Assembly: GCA_965217775.1 (NCBI GenBank)
Contig: CBDCJH010000002.1
Span: 1,888,001-1,952,000 of the forward strand
From: Acidobacteriota bacterium
Lineage (GTDB): Bacteria > Acidobacteriota > UBA6911 > RPQK01 > JAJDTT01
Reading direction: 5' to 3'
Length of the DNA: 64,000 nucleotides
Shown: positions 1 to 10,267 of the stretch, one piece after another
Layout of the letters: every line of letters starts with the position of its first letter
How positions within the stretch are numbered: the stretch's first letter is position 1
Notes under the pieces: generated by a model
What the model saw: the letters and a program-made list of their open reading frames with translations, nothing else
Told to the model about the DNA's origin: nothing
The model's database searches: none
Translations under genes and position numbers: made by a program

Positions 1-5
1 ACCAA

Positions 6-1661
6 GTGTACCGTGCCGAGAATAACGTCACCTTCGTGACGCGGGTTGAGGATGGCGTACTGAGATGCGGACATGCCACGCCGGCCAATATGGATTTAAT
101 GGAGAGAATACAAGCTCGAGTCTCCCGCGCGAGGCCTATTTCGGTACAGACGAACTTGGCCCAACCTGCTGCGGAATTCATCGTCACCTACACAGGGTTC
201 ACTTCGGAAGCCCAGGCCGCCTTTCAGCGGGCGGTCGACATCTGGGCGTCTACACTGATCACGGCTGTGCCGATCGAAATCGACGCCAACTTCGTCACGG
301 TTGACGATCTGGAGGATCCGGAAGATTTCGAAACAACGCTGGCGTTCGTCCGACCCTCCCAAACTTGGGCGATCGCTCGAATAAGTGATCAGCAAATCGC
401 TGTTCCGATTGCCCTTGCCAATCAACGTTCGGACCGCGACCGAGTTCCCGACGAACCAGACTTTGCAATGACGGTCATCGACCGCAGCGACTGGTACTTG
501 GAGCTGGACGGACGCCCTGAGAGTGATCAGTTCGATTTGGTTTCGGTCGTCCTGCACGAGATATCACACGGACTGGGAATCGTCGACAGCTTCGAATTGG
601 ACGACGACGGAAACGGCCAGTACGGATTGCAGTTCCGCAATAGAGAGGAGCGTATCCCCACGTTGTTCGATTATTTCATCCGTCTGAGGAACGGGGACCA
701 GTTGACTACAGACTTGTCCAGTCCCTCCGTCGAATTGGCTGACGCGATCACCGGCATCAAACTCTTCTGGGCGGGAGCACAGACGAGGAGAGCCAATGGT
801 GGTCTAACTCACGCCCTGCTCTGGGCCCCAAGCGAGTTCGAAGCTGCCAGCAGCATCGCCCATTTGGACGAAGATGCGTATCCTTCCGGGACTTCCAACA
901 GCCTGATGACCCCACAAATCGCCAGAGGCGAGGTGTCGCAGAGTCCGGGGCCCCTTTTACGGGCCATGCTCAAGGACATGGATTACACGGTTCGTGGCCA
1001 GGTTCTGCAGATTCCGCATTTTGGGGTCGGCGACGGCTTGAATTCGGATATCGTCGTCACGAATCGTTCTTCGTCCGAGACAGTTGCCGTGTCGGTCGAT
1101 GCCTGGGACCCGCAGGGGAGCGAGCTGGACGGTGACACCCTGTTCGGCGCGGCCGGCGCCGACCGATTCGATCTCCCCCCTTTGGGAAGCCGGACTCTGA
1201 CTTTGTCGGCCGGCGGCGGAGGCTTGCTGACCGGATCGATCACGGTATCGACGGACGACGTCCCGGTTTCGGCGGTGGTGCGTTTCGATCTCGTGGGGAC
1301 GGGAATCACCGGTGTCGGCGCCGGCCCCAGACTTCGGGCAGCCGTGGCGCCGGCGCGGCGCAGCGGAGGGCTCAGTACCGGAATCGCGGTGCGCAACACC
1401 GAGCTGGCGGAGCAGAGGGTTGACCTGACGCTCAAAGATGAAAGCGGGGAGGAGGTCACCGGCGGAACCTCCAGCAGGACAATCCCGGCCGGAGGCCAAT
1501 TCGCTGCGTTCATTCAGGAGATATTCCCCGACGCCGTGAACACTGATTTCAAAGGGGAGATCTGCATCCGGGCGCAAGCCGGCCTGGTCTCCGTCGTCGC
1601 CTTGGAACTGGAGCTCGGCAGGGCGTTCACGACGCTTCCGGTGAGTCCGATTGCGGAATGA
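6..1661 (+). CDS. Secreted zinc metallopeptidase-like protein (HExxH) with a ~215-aa C-terminal domain shared with the LRR protein; probably 5'-truncated by the window edge
   Basis: VVLHEISHGLG zincin motif; SSIAHLDE...SLMTP motif; C-terminal PHFG...RFD...GVG...FTTLPV module. Confidence 0.7.
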   Translation: MYRAENNVTFVTRVEDGVLRCGHATPANMDLMERIQARVSRARPISVQTNLAQPAAEFIVTYTGFTSEAQAAFQRAVDIWASTLITAVPIEIDANFVTVDDLEDPEDFETTLAFVRPSQTWAIARISDQQIAVPIALANQRSDRDRVPDEPDFAMTVIDRSDWYLELDGRPESDQFDLVSVVLHEISHGLGIVDSFELDDDGNGQYGLQFRNREERIPTLFDYFIRLRNGDQLTTDLSSPSVELADAITGIKLFWAGAQTRRANGGLTHALLWAPSEFEAASSIAHLDEDAYPSGTSNSLMTPQIARGEVSQSPGPLLRAMLKDMDYTVRGQVLQIPHFGVGDGLNSDIVVTNRSSSETVAVSVDAWDPQGSELDGDTLFGAAGADRFDLPPLGSRTLTLSAGGGGLLTGSITVSTDDVPVSAVVRFDLVGTGITGVGAGPRLRAAVAPARRSGGLSTGIAVRNTELAEQRVDLTLKDESGEEVTGGTSSRTIPAGGQFAAFIQEIFPDAVNTDFKGEICIRAQAGLVSVVALELELGRAFTTLPVSPIAE

Positions 1662-1741
1662 CTTCGTATCCCTGAGAGTCCAGCCCGCATTCCTCACCAG
1701 GCCGTTCTCGTCCCGATCTTGGCGACCGCGGTCAGTGGGAC

Positions 1742-3574
1742 CTATTTTCGACTCGGAATAATCGGCAGGGTGACGTGTGAGGGAAATCGGCTGTCGTGAT
1801 GAATCTTCTGCCGGGCCACCACTGAACGGGTCTCCAGGCCGATATTGTCGGCGCCCGTGTTCAAATTCCTGAGATAGTAAGGGAAGTAACTGCTGGAGAT
1901 CTCGACTCGGATGCGGTGCCCTTTCTTGAACACGTTCCCGGTTCCCCTCCAGAATTCGATCGTATACTCGTAGACCTTGTCGGGTTCGATCTCGCTCAGC
2001 CGTTCCGGATTGAACGCCCCTGCCTTTAGCGGATCTCGATGCCGCGCCCGGAGCACACCGTCACACAAGAGGGCCGCATATCCGTCGGGATGGACGTCGA
2101 TCAAGCGCAACATCCAATCCGTATCTCGAGCCGAGGTTGCCGCATAAAGTTTCGCCTCAATCGGCCCCGTCACTTCCATGTCTTCGTCCAGTGGCGCCAT
2201 CGTATAGACCAGCACATCATCCCGAATCGATGGAAGTCGCGCATCCACCGCTCCATCGATGTGGCCATTCGTAAAAGGGGCGCTAGGGGTGGGATCGGCC
2301 GGGTCGTAAACATAAGCATCCCACGCTTCCTTACCCGGCGGCGTCGTGTTCAGCACCCCGTCTCCCTTCAGCGAATTGGCCTTCCCTCCACTGTGCAGGT
2401 AGTACTTCGTCCATTTGGTTTGAGGCAGCGGCCAGTCCTGCTCCGCGTACCAGCGGTTGGGGCCCATGACAAAGACATGAACGGGCGGCTCATCGGTCAC
2501 CCCGTTGTCGATCCCCTTCAAGAAATGGTCGAACCACCGGCAGATCATTCCGTTCAGATCGATCACGGCGTCGGGACCGTAGTCGAATCCCGCGACCACC
2601 CGTTGGTTGATGGCGTGTTGCCAGGGTCCGATGACGAGGGAAGGACGGCGGGATTCCGGAGTCGCTCCGTACTGCTTCATCCCCTGGTAGTTCATGGGTG
2701 AGCCGGGATAATTCGCATCGAACCAACCCGTGATGTTCAAGGCCGGCACCGTCATCTTCGAATAGTTGTCTTTGCCCTGGTAGGAGATCTTGCTCCAGTA
2801 TTCATCCGTCGAGAGGTTTTGCCGGATCCAGGTCTCGAACCAGGGCGCATCCAGCGCTCCCTTCACTTTCGGCATGTCGAGATAGGGCAGATGCATATAT
2901 TCTTCGTGACGGTTATTGGAAAACCCTCCGTAGGGCCCCTCGCCGATCACCTGTATGGTCCGGCCGGCCATCATTCCCGCTCCCCAATCCATGGCCCAGC
3001 ACACCAAAATGCCATTCTGGTACGGAGCGTTGAAGAACTGATCCGGGGGAGCCACTTCGGGGGCGATCGCTTTCAAGGATGGGGGGGCCTGGCTGGCAGT
3101 CCACCACTGTGTCCACCCCAGATAAGAGCCCCCTGTCATGCCAACATTGCCGTTGGACCAGGATTGGCGCGCCAGCCACTCGACGAGGTCGTAGCCGTCC
3201 GCCTTGTGTTTCTCGTCGAAGATATCCGTTTCCCCTTCCGAATCGTATCGGCCGCGCAAGTCGGAAACGGCGTAGACGTAACCGCGCCGCGCGAACCACT
3301 TGGCTCGATCCGTTCCAAACCCGGGTGTCCCACCGAGATTGCTGTAACCGGTGTGAGTCAGAATCACGGGATACTTTCCCGGAGTGTCGGGCCGGTAGAG
3401 GTCCACGGAAATCCTGACTCCGTCTCTCATGGGCACCATGTTTCCCAGCACGACCTTCGTTTCGTACTCCGGCTCGGAATAGCTGCCCGAATTCGGTTTC
3501 TGGGCCCCTGCCAACGCCGGAAAACCAAGGCCCACCAGGGATAGGGTCGATACAATCCTTTGCCCGCGTCCCAT
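1742..3574 (-). CDS. CocE/NonD family hydrolase (peptidase S15-like)
   Basis: MRDGVRISVDLYRP, DLRGRYDSEG, GGSYLG nucleophile elbow, GPWQH; ATG at 3574 preceded by AAAGGAGGAG RBS; signal peptide. Confidence 0.9.
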   Translation of the reverse strand: MGRGQRIVSTLSLVGLGFPALAGAQKPNSGSYSEPEYETKVVLGNMVPMRDGVRISVDLYRPDTPGKYPVILTHTGYSNLGGTPGFGTDRAKWFARRGYVYAVSDLRGRYDSEGETDIFDEKHKADGYDLVEWLARQSWSNGNVGMTGGSYLGWTQWWTASQAPPSLKAIAPEVAPPDQFFNAPYQNGILVCWAMDWGAGMMAGRTIQVIGEGPYGGFSNNRHEEYMHLPYLDMPKVKGALDAPWFETWIRQNLSTDEYWSKISYQGKDNYSKMTVPALNITGWFDANYPGSPMNYQGMKQYGATPESRRPSLVIGPWQHAINQRVVAGFDYGPDAVIDLNGMICRWFDHFLKGIDNGVTDEPPVHVFVMGPNRWYAEQDWPLPQTKWTKYYLHSGGKANSLKGDGVLNTTPPGKEAWDAYVYDPADPTPSAPFTNGHIDGAVDARLPSIRDDVLVYTMAPLDEDMEVTGPIEAKLYAATSARDTDWMLRLIDVHPDGYAALLCDGVLRARHRDPLKAGAFNPERLSEIEPDKVYEYTIEFWRGTGNVFKKGHRIRVEISSSYFPYYLRNLNTGADNIGLETRSVVARQKIHHDSRFPSHVTLPIIPSRK

Positions 3575-3623
3575 CGCTCCTCCTTTCCGCGCCTGCTTCA
3601 TTCCCAGAAAAACCTGGGGGCTG

Positions 3624-3712
3624 GGAGGGGGGACATTCTTGTCCCCCTCGGGCCAAAGAATCGGCGGTTGGAAACCGCCGCTCCAATTCGCGGGTTTCAA
3701 ACCGCCGCCCCC
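3624..3712. repeat. GGAG-tagged REP/REPIN-like palindrome cluster
   Basis: GGAGGGGGGACATTCTTGTCCCCC followed by inverted CGGCGGTTGGAAACCGCCGCTCC and a degenerate third copy; intergenic. Confidence 0.75.
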
Positions 3713-3795
3713 ACGCTCCCCCTTATTCTGCCAGTTGGTGTTGTGCTCGCTTCTATCGTTTGGAGATGAACGGCGGCAATCAGAAATGACCGGAC

Positions 3796-5022
3796 TCAAC
3801 CCAGGGACCGGATCTTCTCGATGAGGGGCCAGAAATTCAATTGGTCCACCGCGTGGCCGCGGTACATCCCCACCGAATCGGCTCCGTTGGCCAGAGCGAT
3901 CCGGGCGGCTTCCAGCATCAGCTTGGGGTCCTGGAAACTCCCGACGTGGTAGCAGGACAGCTCCACGATCAGAGGACATCGTCCCCGGATCAATTTTGAG
4001 AACTGGCTCGTGTAGCGTTCCACTCGCCTCACGTCCGAGGTGGTCCGAAACCAGAGGTAGAGTTCGTCCATCAGCGACTCTTCGAGCCAGGCGCGGAGAT
4101 CCTGGAAAGCACCCAGGTAACGATCCCCGTGAGGCCCCGCCAGATCCTGGGCGATGACGGCTATGGTGAGGGGAGCTTCGGGGTGCCGCGCCTTTAGCCG
4201 GCGGCGCAGTTCCCGAAGCGTCTCGGTGACGAATCCCGCCCGGAAGCCGAGCCAGTCCGGGTCATGGTTCGGGAGTCCTGAAGGACTTTTTCCAAAGCGC
4301 TTCCGGTACGCTTCCACCATGGGCGGTTCGTAGCCGTGGATCGCTGCACCGTGGCTGTCCCGGAGCTCGCTCACGAACTCCACCTGCACGCCGTGTCCGC
4401 CCGATTCCTCCACGATCTCCAGGTACCGGTCGACCATGTACGACCGCACCTCGGGCACGGCCAAGCTCATGGAGAGCCGGCTCCCCAGCTTGAGCTCGCG
4501 GTCGCCTTCCCGGTCCAGCGCCCACCAGTCGGGGTGCTTCTTGGCGAACGCACCAATGCTCAGGACCGCCCGGGGGCTGTTCCAGATCGGACGATGCCGA
4601 TCCAGCTTTTCCTTGAGACGGGGGGAGCCGTAGGGAAGACCGATGTAGTTGAGGGACCAGTTGGCCCGTATCCGTCTCGCGCCATGGCTGTTGAACGCCA
4701 TGTAGGGATGCATCGCGATCCCCTTCTCTCCGGCCGCCTGGGCCAGGATCCGGGATCCGCGGGTCGGAACCAGATGGGTCACGCCATGGCGGGCGCACTT
4801 TTCGACGAAGTCGATGACGGCCGCCTCATCGGAGGGCTGAGTCGGACTGATCAATCCGCCCGGAGCACACCAGAGAGAAAACCTGGGATCCCCCGAGCGT
4901 TTCGCCGCCGAAGCCGCAGCCGCCTTCGCGGTCGTGGGTGGAGCCGCGGCGACGGCTCCGTAGGCCAAGCTCCTCTCCAGGAAACGGCGGCGGCTGAGAT
5001 TGGAGGACGACGACTCGGACAT
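3796..5022 (-). CDS. Tat-exported TIM-barrel glycoside hydrolase-like protein (GHL10-like)
   Basis: SRRRFL Tat signal; KKHPDW...LSLAVPEVRSY...GVQVEF pattern typical of GHL10-like proteins. Confidence 0.6.
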   Translation of the reverse strand: MSESSSSNLSRRRFLERSLAYGAVAAAPPTTAKAAAASAAKRSGDPRFSLWCAPGGLISPTQPSDEAAVIDFVEKCARHGVTHLVPTRGSRILAQAAGEKGIAMHPYMAFNSHGARRIRANWSLNYIGLPYGSPRLKEKLDRHRPIWNSPRAVLSIGAFAKKHPDWWALDREGDRELKLGSRLSMSLAVPEVRSYMVDRYLEIVEESGGHGVQVEFVSELRDSHGAAIHGYEPPMVEAYRKRFGKSPSGLPNHDPDWLGFRAGFVTETLRELRRRLKARHPEAPLTIAVIAQDLAGPHGDRYLGAFQDLRAWLEESLMDELYLWFRTTSDVRRVERYTSQFSKLIRGRCPLIVELSCYHVGSFQDPKLMLEAARIALANGADSVGMYRGHAVDQLNFWPLIEKIRSLG

Positions 5023-5025
5023 GAC

Positions 5026-5970
5026 CTACTTCAAGAGGGCAGCGACCTCCTCTTCGTTCCCCTCCTGGGCCAGGGTCCGGGCGGTCTTGCCGTCCTCGTT
5101 CTTGGCCTTGGCGTCGGCTCCCGCCTCCAGCAGCACCTTGATCGCTTCGGCATGCCCGTTGACCGCCGCGTACATGAGTCCGGTCCAGCCCTGATTGTCC
5201 TGCAAGTTGACGTCGGCTCCCGCCTCGACCAGGGCCTTCACGGTTTCCATGTGCCCGCCCTCGGCAGCCCAGACCACGGAGGTCTTTCCATCCGGGTCCG
5301 TTCCTTCCGCATCGACTCCCTCTTCCAGCAGGGCGTTGACGCTCTCAGTATCGCCCAGTCTGGCCGCCAGCAAAACGGACGGAGATCCGTCGCTGGTCAT
5401 GGCATAGGCGTCCGCACCGTGGCTCAGGAGGGCCCGCGCCGTCTCCCCGTGTCCGGCCCCGAGAGCCATGATCAGCGCGGTTCCGCCGCTCTGGTCCGCC
5501 ACGTCCAGGTTGGCCCCCTTCTCCGCCAGCACGCCGATCACCTCTCCGTGGCCCCGTGCCGAGGCCCAAAGCACGGCGGTCCGCTTCCGGTTGTCCTGCG
5601 CCTCCACATCGGCGCCAGCCGCCAGCAGAACTTGCACCGACCCGGCCTGACCGCTCGCCGCAGCGGCCATGAGGGGTGTCCGCTGCTCGGAATCCCGGAT
5701 CTCCATGTCGGCGCCGCCACCGATCAGGGACTGGACCACGGCGTCGTGGCCGTGACCGGCCGCCAGGATGAGGGCGAGCTGTCCCTTCTGTCCCTCTTCC
5801 TCGCTGGCGACATTGGCGTCGGCCCCCTGCACCAGGAGTTCCTTGACGGCGGCGTCATCCCCTTTCCCCGCGGCATCGATCAGGTCCTCGTTGATGTTCC
5901 CGCCACAGCTGCAGAGCAGAAGAAGAGAGGGGGCAAGCAGTGTCACGAATCCCCGAAAATTCAGCATCAT
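5026..5970 (-). CDS. Ankyrin-repeat lipoprotein
   Basis: About 8 repeats of TALxxAAxxGHxxxVxxLLxxGADV; lipobox-like LLLCSC; AAGGAG RBS before ATG 5970. Confidence 0.9.
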   Translation of the reverse strand: MMLNFRGFVTLLAPSLLLLCSCGGNINEDLIDAAGKGDDAAVKELLVQGADANVASEEEGQKGQLALILAAGHGHDAVVQSLIGGGADMEIRDSEQRTPLMAAAASGQAGSVQVLLAAGADVEAQDNRKRTAVLWASARGHGEVIGVLAEKGANLDVADQSGGTALIMALGAGHGETARALLSHGADAYAMTSDGSPSVLLAARLGDTESVNALLEEGVDAEGTDPDGKTSVVWAAEGGHMETVKALVEAGADVNLQDNQGWTGLMYAAVNGHAEAIKVLLEAGADAKAKNEDGKTARTLAQEGNEEEVAALLK

Positions 5971-6145
5971 GGATCTCCTTTCTGAGTTGCGGGACGCGGA
6001 CCGAGCAGTAAATAAATCCGCCACAGGAACGGCCCTCCACCGCCCTTCGGGGTGTTCGGGCCAACGAGCCCTCTCCGAATTGTGTCGGAGTTGCTGGCAT
6101 GATAACACAGCACTTGGGAAATTTACCGGGGAGGAGACGAAGGGG

Positions 6146-7843
6146 TTGAAGAACCGGAAAAGGCAGAATCTGCGCAGCCGCGAGTGGTTCGACACCCCCG
6201 AGCTGTACGGGTGGACTCGACAGGCGGCCTTGCAGGGACTCGGGCTGGACCCCGCGGTGTACCGGGACCGTCCCCTCATCGGAATCTGCAACACCTGGAG
6301 CGAGTTGACCCATTGCAATGCCCACCTGCGCACGTTGGCCCAGCGGGTCAAGGAGGGAGTCTGGCAGGCGGGCGGAGTGCCCTTCGAATTTCCGGTCATC
6401 TCATTGGGCGAGTTCAACATGCGCCCCACCTCCATGCTCTTCCGGAACCTCTTGAGCATGGACGTGGAGGAATGCATCCGGGCCAATCCACTGGATGGCG
6501 TCGTCCTTTTGGGAGGATGCGACAAGACCACGCCGGGACTGCTCATGGGAGCCGTGAGCGCGGACCTGCCGGCGATCCTCGTGACCGGCGGACCGCAACT
6601 CACCGCCCACTGGCGGGGCCAGGAGCTGGGATCGTGCACCGATTGCAGGCGCTTCGAGGTCGAACTTCGAGCCGGGAGGATCGGTCAGGAAGACTGGCTG
6701 GATCTCCAGGGCGCCATGATCCGGAGTCCGGGCCACTGCATGACCATGGGCACGGCCTCCACGCTGGCCACGCTGACCGAAGCCCTGGGACTGGCGCTGC
6801 CCGGGAACGCCGCCTATCCGGCGGCCGACTCCCGCCGGACTCGTCTGGCGCACCGGGCCGGACGCCAGATCGTGCGCCTGGTGGAACTGGACCTGAAACC
6901 GTCCCGGCTGCTGAGCGCCGGCTCGTTCGACAACGCCATCCGGACGCTTCACGCCATCGGCGGCTCCACCAACGCCATCGTTCACCTCCTCGCCGTGGCG
7001 GGGAGGACCAACATTCCACTGTCCCTCAAGAGGTTCGACGAACTGTCCCAGACTACGCCGATGCTGTTGGATCTGAAGCCGTCGGGCCGTTTCCTGATGG
7101 AGGACTTCGCCTACGCAGGCGGCGCCCCGGCGCTCTTGCAGGAGATGGCGTCCCTGCTGGATCTGGACCAGCCCACGGTCACCGGCCGGAGCCTGGGCGA
7201 GAACCTCCAGGGAGCCCGCAACGACAATCCGGAAGTCATCCGCACCATGGACCGCCCCCTGGAGGCCTCCGGCGGCCTTGCCGTCCTTCATGGCTCGCTG
7301 GCCCCGGACGGATGCATCATCAAGCACAGCGCCACGACTCCCGAACTCCTGCGCCATCAGGGTCGGGCGGTCGTCTTCGAAGACCACCACGAACTGATGG
7401 AGGGAATCGACGACCCGGACCTGGACGTCGGTCCCGAGGATGTGCTGGTGCTTCGAGGCGCCGGGCCTCTCGGCGGGCCGGGCATGCCCGAGTGGGGCTT
7501 GCTTCCGATCCCTCGTAAGCTGCTCCGGGCGGGCGTTCAGGACATGGTCCGGATCAGCGACTCACGCATCAGCGGCACGGCTCGCGGAACGGTCGTGGTC
7601 CACGTTTGTCCGGAAAGCGAGGCGGGAGGCCCGCTGGCCGCGGTCCGGACGGGCGATCAAATCCGGCTGAACGTCCCGGCCCGGCGATTGGACCTCCTGG
7701 TGGAGCCGCGGGAGATCCAGCGCCGACTTGAACGCGTCCGACCGAGAGTTCGACCGGCCGCAAGAGGTTACCGCCGGCTCTACTTCAAGCACGTCCTGCA
7801 GGCGGACCAGGGATGCGATTTCGACTTCCTGCGGGCGGGGTAA
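6146..7843 (+). CDS. IlvD/Edd family dehydratase (sugar-acid or dihydroxy-acid dehydratase)
   Basis: ELTHCNAHL, GGCDKTTPG, GHCMTMGTAST, GGSTN, GPGMPE, SDSRISGT motifs; TTG start at 6146 after GAGGAG. Confidence 0.9.
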   Translation: MKNRKRQNLRSREWFDTPELYGWTRQAALQGLGLDPAVYRDRPLIGICNTWSELTHCNAHLRTLAQRVKEGVWQAGGVPFEFPVISLGEFNMRPTSMLFRNLLSMDVEECIRANPLDGVVLLGGCDKTTPGLLMGAVSADLPAILVTGGPQLTAHWRGQELGSCTDCRRFEVELRAGRIGQEDWLDLQGAMIRSPGHCMTMGTASTLATLTEALGLALPGNAAYPAADSRRTRLAHRAGRQIVRLVELDLKPSRLLSAGSFDNAIRTLHAIGGSTNAIVHLLAVAGRTNIPLSLKRFDELSQTTPMLLDLKPSGRFLMEDFAYAGGAPALLQEMASLLDLDQPTVTGRSLGENLQGARNDNPEVIRTMDRPLEASGGLAVLHGSLAPDGCIIKHSATTPELLRHQGRAVVFEDHHELMEGIDDPDLDVGPEDVLVLRGAGPLGGPGMPEWGLLPIPRKLLRAGVQDMVRISDSRISGTARGTVVVHVCPESEAGGPLAAVRTGDQIRLNVPARRLDLLVEPREIQRRLERVRPRVRPAARGYRRLYFKHVLQADQGCDFDFLRAG

Positions 7844-8196
7844 CACCGCCAAATTCCGTAGAACGGCCAGGAGGGGTTGGATTGGACCTAAACTTAGGGC
7901 ATAGATTAAGGGGAAGATCCATTTCGGGAGTGGTGATGGTGGGCAAACCCATCTCCCGGGGAGTTGGGAGTCAAACAGAGCAGATCATAGCTTATGCCGT
8001 GTGCCATTGGATTGTTGCGCCTGTCGGGTCCAATTGATTTCGTACCATCCAGAAGCATACATATTCCGTATAGATGTTTGGTCGAAGCAATTCCTTTCCC
8101 GTGAGGAATAGGTGCCCGTCAATGTTAAAATCCTCTTCTCTGGTGGACTTGCGACTCAAGGGACAACAAATTGACATCCATCGGACAGGATGACAA

Positions 8197-9060
8197 ATGA
8201 CAAGCAATCAAGGACAGCTTCCGCTTCGAGAGATGACCCCAACGACCTATCACGGTCTACGCAAGGCAGTTATAAACTTGACTAAGGCTTTCCGCAAGGC
8301 AACAACCCAATTGGAGAAGCTCAAGCGGACTACGAACATGAATGAAACTCTGTTAGTGCTTGATAGGACCATTGCTGCCCTACGGGCGATTGGCCTTGAA
8401 GATGCAATCCAGAGATTTGACAGCAAGCGTACCACGTTGGTCCAAAAGAGAGATCAGGCGCTGAAATCTCGGCGTGAGGACCTCGTTCGCTCTGCGAAAG
8501 ATGCCGGGTGGAGAGTAAGGCGGTTGAAGCGCTACGACTTTGTTGGTTGCTTTCAGGTGAACTACCGTCACCAGAAAGTGATACTACGCATAGGGAGTGA
8601 GACGCTCAAAACTCTCGACGAGGTGGATGGAGTGAGCTTATTCTCGCGCCTGCAGGCAGAACTACAGGCGCTGGACACATCCCCGTTTTCGCGTAGCAGC
8701 TTCTTGGGGTCGATCAAGGGGGCTATGACACTCGCCCGAACTCAGGGTGTTGACCGAAATGGCAAAGTGCCTATTCGCAAACTCTTTCCTTTAGTCGTGC
8801 TCGTCCGGCAGAGTCAGGACCAACGCTTCCTGAAGCGGCCTGCCGTCAGGTCTTTCGTCGACTACTCGAGCGCTCAGTTCGTCTATGACTTGGCAAGATT
8901 TGGACGAAACGGGTGGCGAACGGACCAAGGCGAGCGCCTTTGCAACCAACCACCAAACATGGGGTCCATAGCCAAGGGCACGACGGTGACGCTCCCGTCG
9001 CTTAAAGGGGACGGTAGTGGCCGTATACAAATTGGCGCGGTTTGGGTCAAGAAAGGATAG
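8197..9060 (+). CDS. Hypothetical protein with coiled-coil N-terminus; first gene of the ATPase-helicase operon
   Basis: 287-aa ORF, helical and charged N-half, YSSAQFVYDL segment; 6 bp from the next gene. Confidence 0.7.
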   Translation: MTSNQGQLPLREMTPTTYHGLRKAVINLTKAFRKATTQLEKLKRTTNMNETLLVLDRTIAALRAIGLEDAIQRFDSKRTTLVQKRDQALKSRREDLVRSAKDAGWRVRRLKRYDFVGCFQVNYRHQKVILRIGSETLKTLDEVDGVSLFSRLQAELQALDTSPFSRSSFLGSIKGAMTLARTQGVDRNGKVPIRKLFPLVVLVRQSQDQRFLKRPAVRSFVDYSSAQFVYDLARFGRNGWRTDQGERLCNQPPNMGSIAKGTTVTLPSLKGDGSGRIQIGAVWVKKG

Positions 9061-9066
9061 TCTGCG

Positions 9067-10257
9067 TTGAAACTCGTCGAGGTGCTGGCCCATCTTGCGG
9101 AGCAAGGTACACCGCCAAATGATGGTGAAGCCGTCTTACGCGTCTCAGCAGGTTTGAACAAGTCCTTGGAAAGGATCGCGAAAGAGACACTTCCATTCAT
9201 CGCCAGCGGGGGCGGCGAACTCCAGTTTGTCTTCGGACCTTATGGACGTGGGAAGACACATTTCCTCAAGGCGCTATCGCAATGTGCGCTGCAACGAGGT
9301 TTCGTTACGGCCTACGTAGACTGTCAAGAAAATCAGAGCCCGTTCAAATCCCTTATCGAAACGTACCGAGCGATCGCTGCCACCATGACACCATCAGGGA
9401 AGCATCAATTCCTCGGCACCTCCGGAATCGCAAAGGTTATCGAAGCGCAATTTATTGGCAGGGACGCGACAGCGCAGCAGGCGCTGGTCGATCGCCTGAA
9501 GAAGAACACAGCTTTAACACCGGATTTCAGAAATCTCGTCATAGCCTACGGTAAAGAAGTATGTCGCGGCGACGAAGATCTTGCCGAACGTCTCGATGCG
9601 CTCTTGGCAGCGAAGCGAACCTACCGCGTTACCCTTGGTTACTTGTACCGAAAGTATCCGGACTTGCCCAGGCCGTTGGGAAAACTCTTTCGGCGCAATG
9701 CAGCCGTCTGGCTACGTGCGGCCCTTTCGCTGCCACAGGCACTCGGATATTCTGGATTACTTGTTCTTTTCGATGAAACCGAAACCGCTTTGCTGCGTAG
9801 CGGACCTCGTCAGAAACAGACCCATCTGGCACATATTCGTACATTTGTCGATCATATGGCGACTGGAGCGTTTCGCGGTTGCGCAGTCTATTACGCCGTT
9901 GCAGAAGAGTTTATTGAGATCGCACATGATAACCTCGCAGCGTTGAGCCAGCGCATAGATCGAGCCAAAGTACCTGAATTGGGGAATAAGCGTAACCCAC
10001 GTGCGGTCTGGGTAGATCTTGACGAGTTGACTGTGCCGGGACCAACGAATCCTTCGTTCTTCATGGAATTGGCTGAATCTATCGTCAATATTGGCCTCGA
10101 GTCTGGCCTGAATCCCTCTGCCGTACCTCCTATCATGGGTCTCCTAAAGAGACTGGCCCACAACCACGCCAGGAGCATAAACGAAGGCAATGTGCGTGAG
10201 TACGTCAAGGAAGCTGCCTCGATAGTTGCAAATAAACTATTTATGGACACGCCGTGA
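9067..10257 (+). CDS. BrxD/DUF2791-like P-loop ATPase 1
   Basis: Walker A GPYGRGKT, Walker B LLVLFDETE preceded by GYSG, ALSQR arginine-finger-like motif. Confidence 0.8.
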   Translation: MKLVEVLAHLAEQGTPPNDGEAVLRVSAGLNKSLERIAKETLPFIASGGGELQFVFGPYGRGKTHFLKALSQCALQRGFVTAYVDCQENQSPFKSLIETYRAIAATMTPSGKHQFLGTSGIAKVIEAQFIGRDATAQQALVDRLKKNTALTPDFRNLVIAYGKEVCRGDEDLAERLDALLAAKRTYRVTLGYLYRKYPDLPRPLGKLFRRNAAVWLRAALSLPQALGYSGLLVLFDETETALLRSGPRQKQTHLAHIRTFVDHMATGAFRGCAVYYAVAEEFIEIAHDNLAALSQRIDRAKVPELGNKRNPRAVWVDLDELTVPGPTNPSFFMELAESIVNIGLESGLNPSAVPPIMGLLKRLAHNHARSINEGNVREYVKEAASIVANKLFMDTP

Positions 10258-10267
10258 GAGACTAGAT

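Noticed and set aside
7900-8150. Possible HEPN remnant (RRNNPMAHG) on the minus strand upstream of the ATPase operon
   Set aside because: Only a short motif in a broken frame; could be chance
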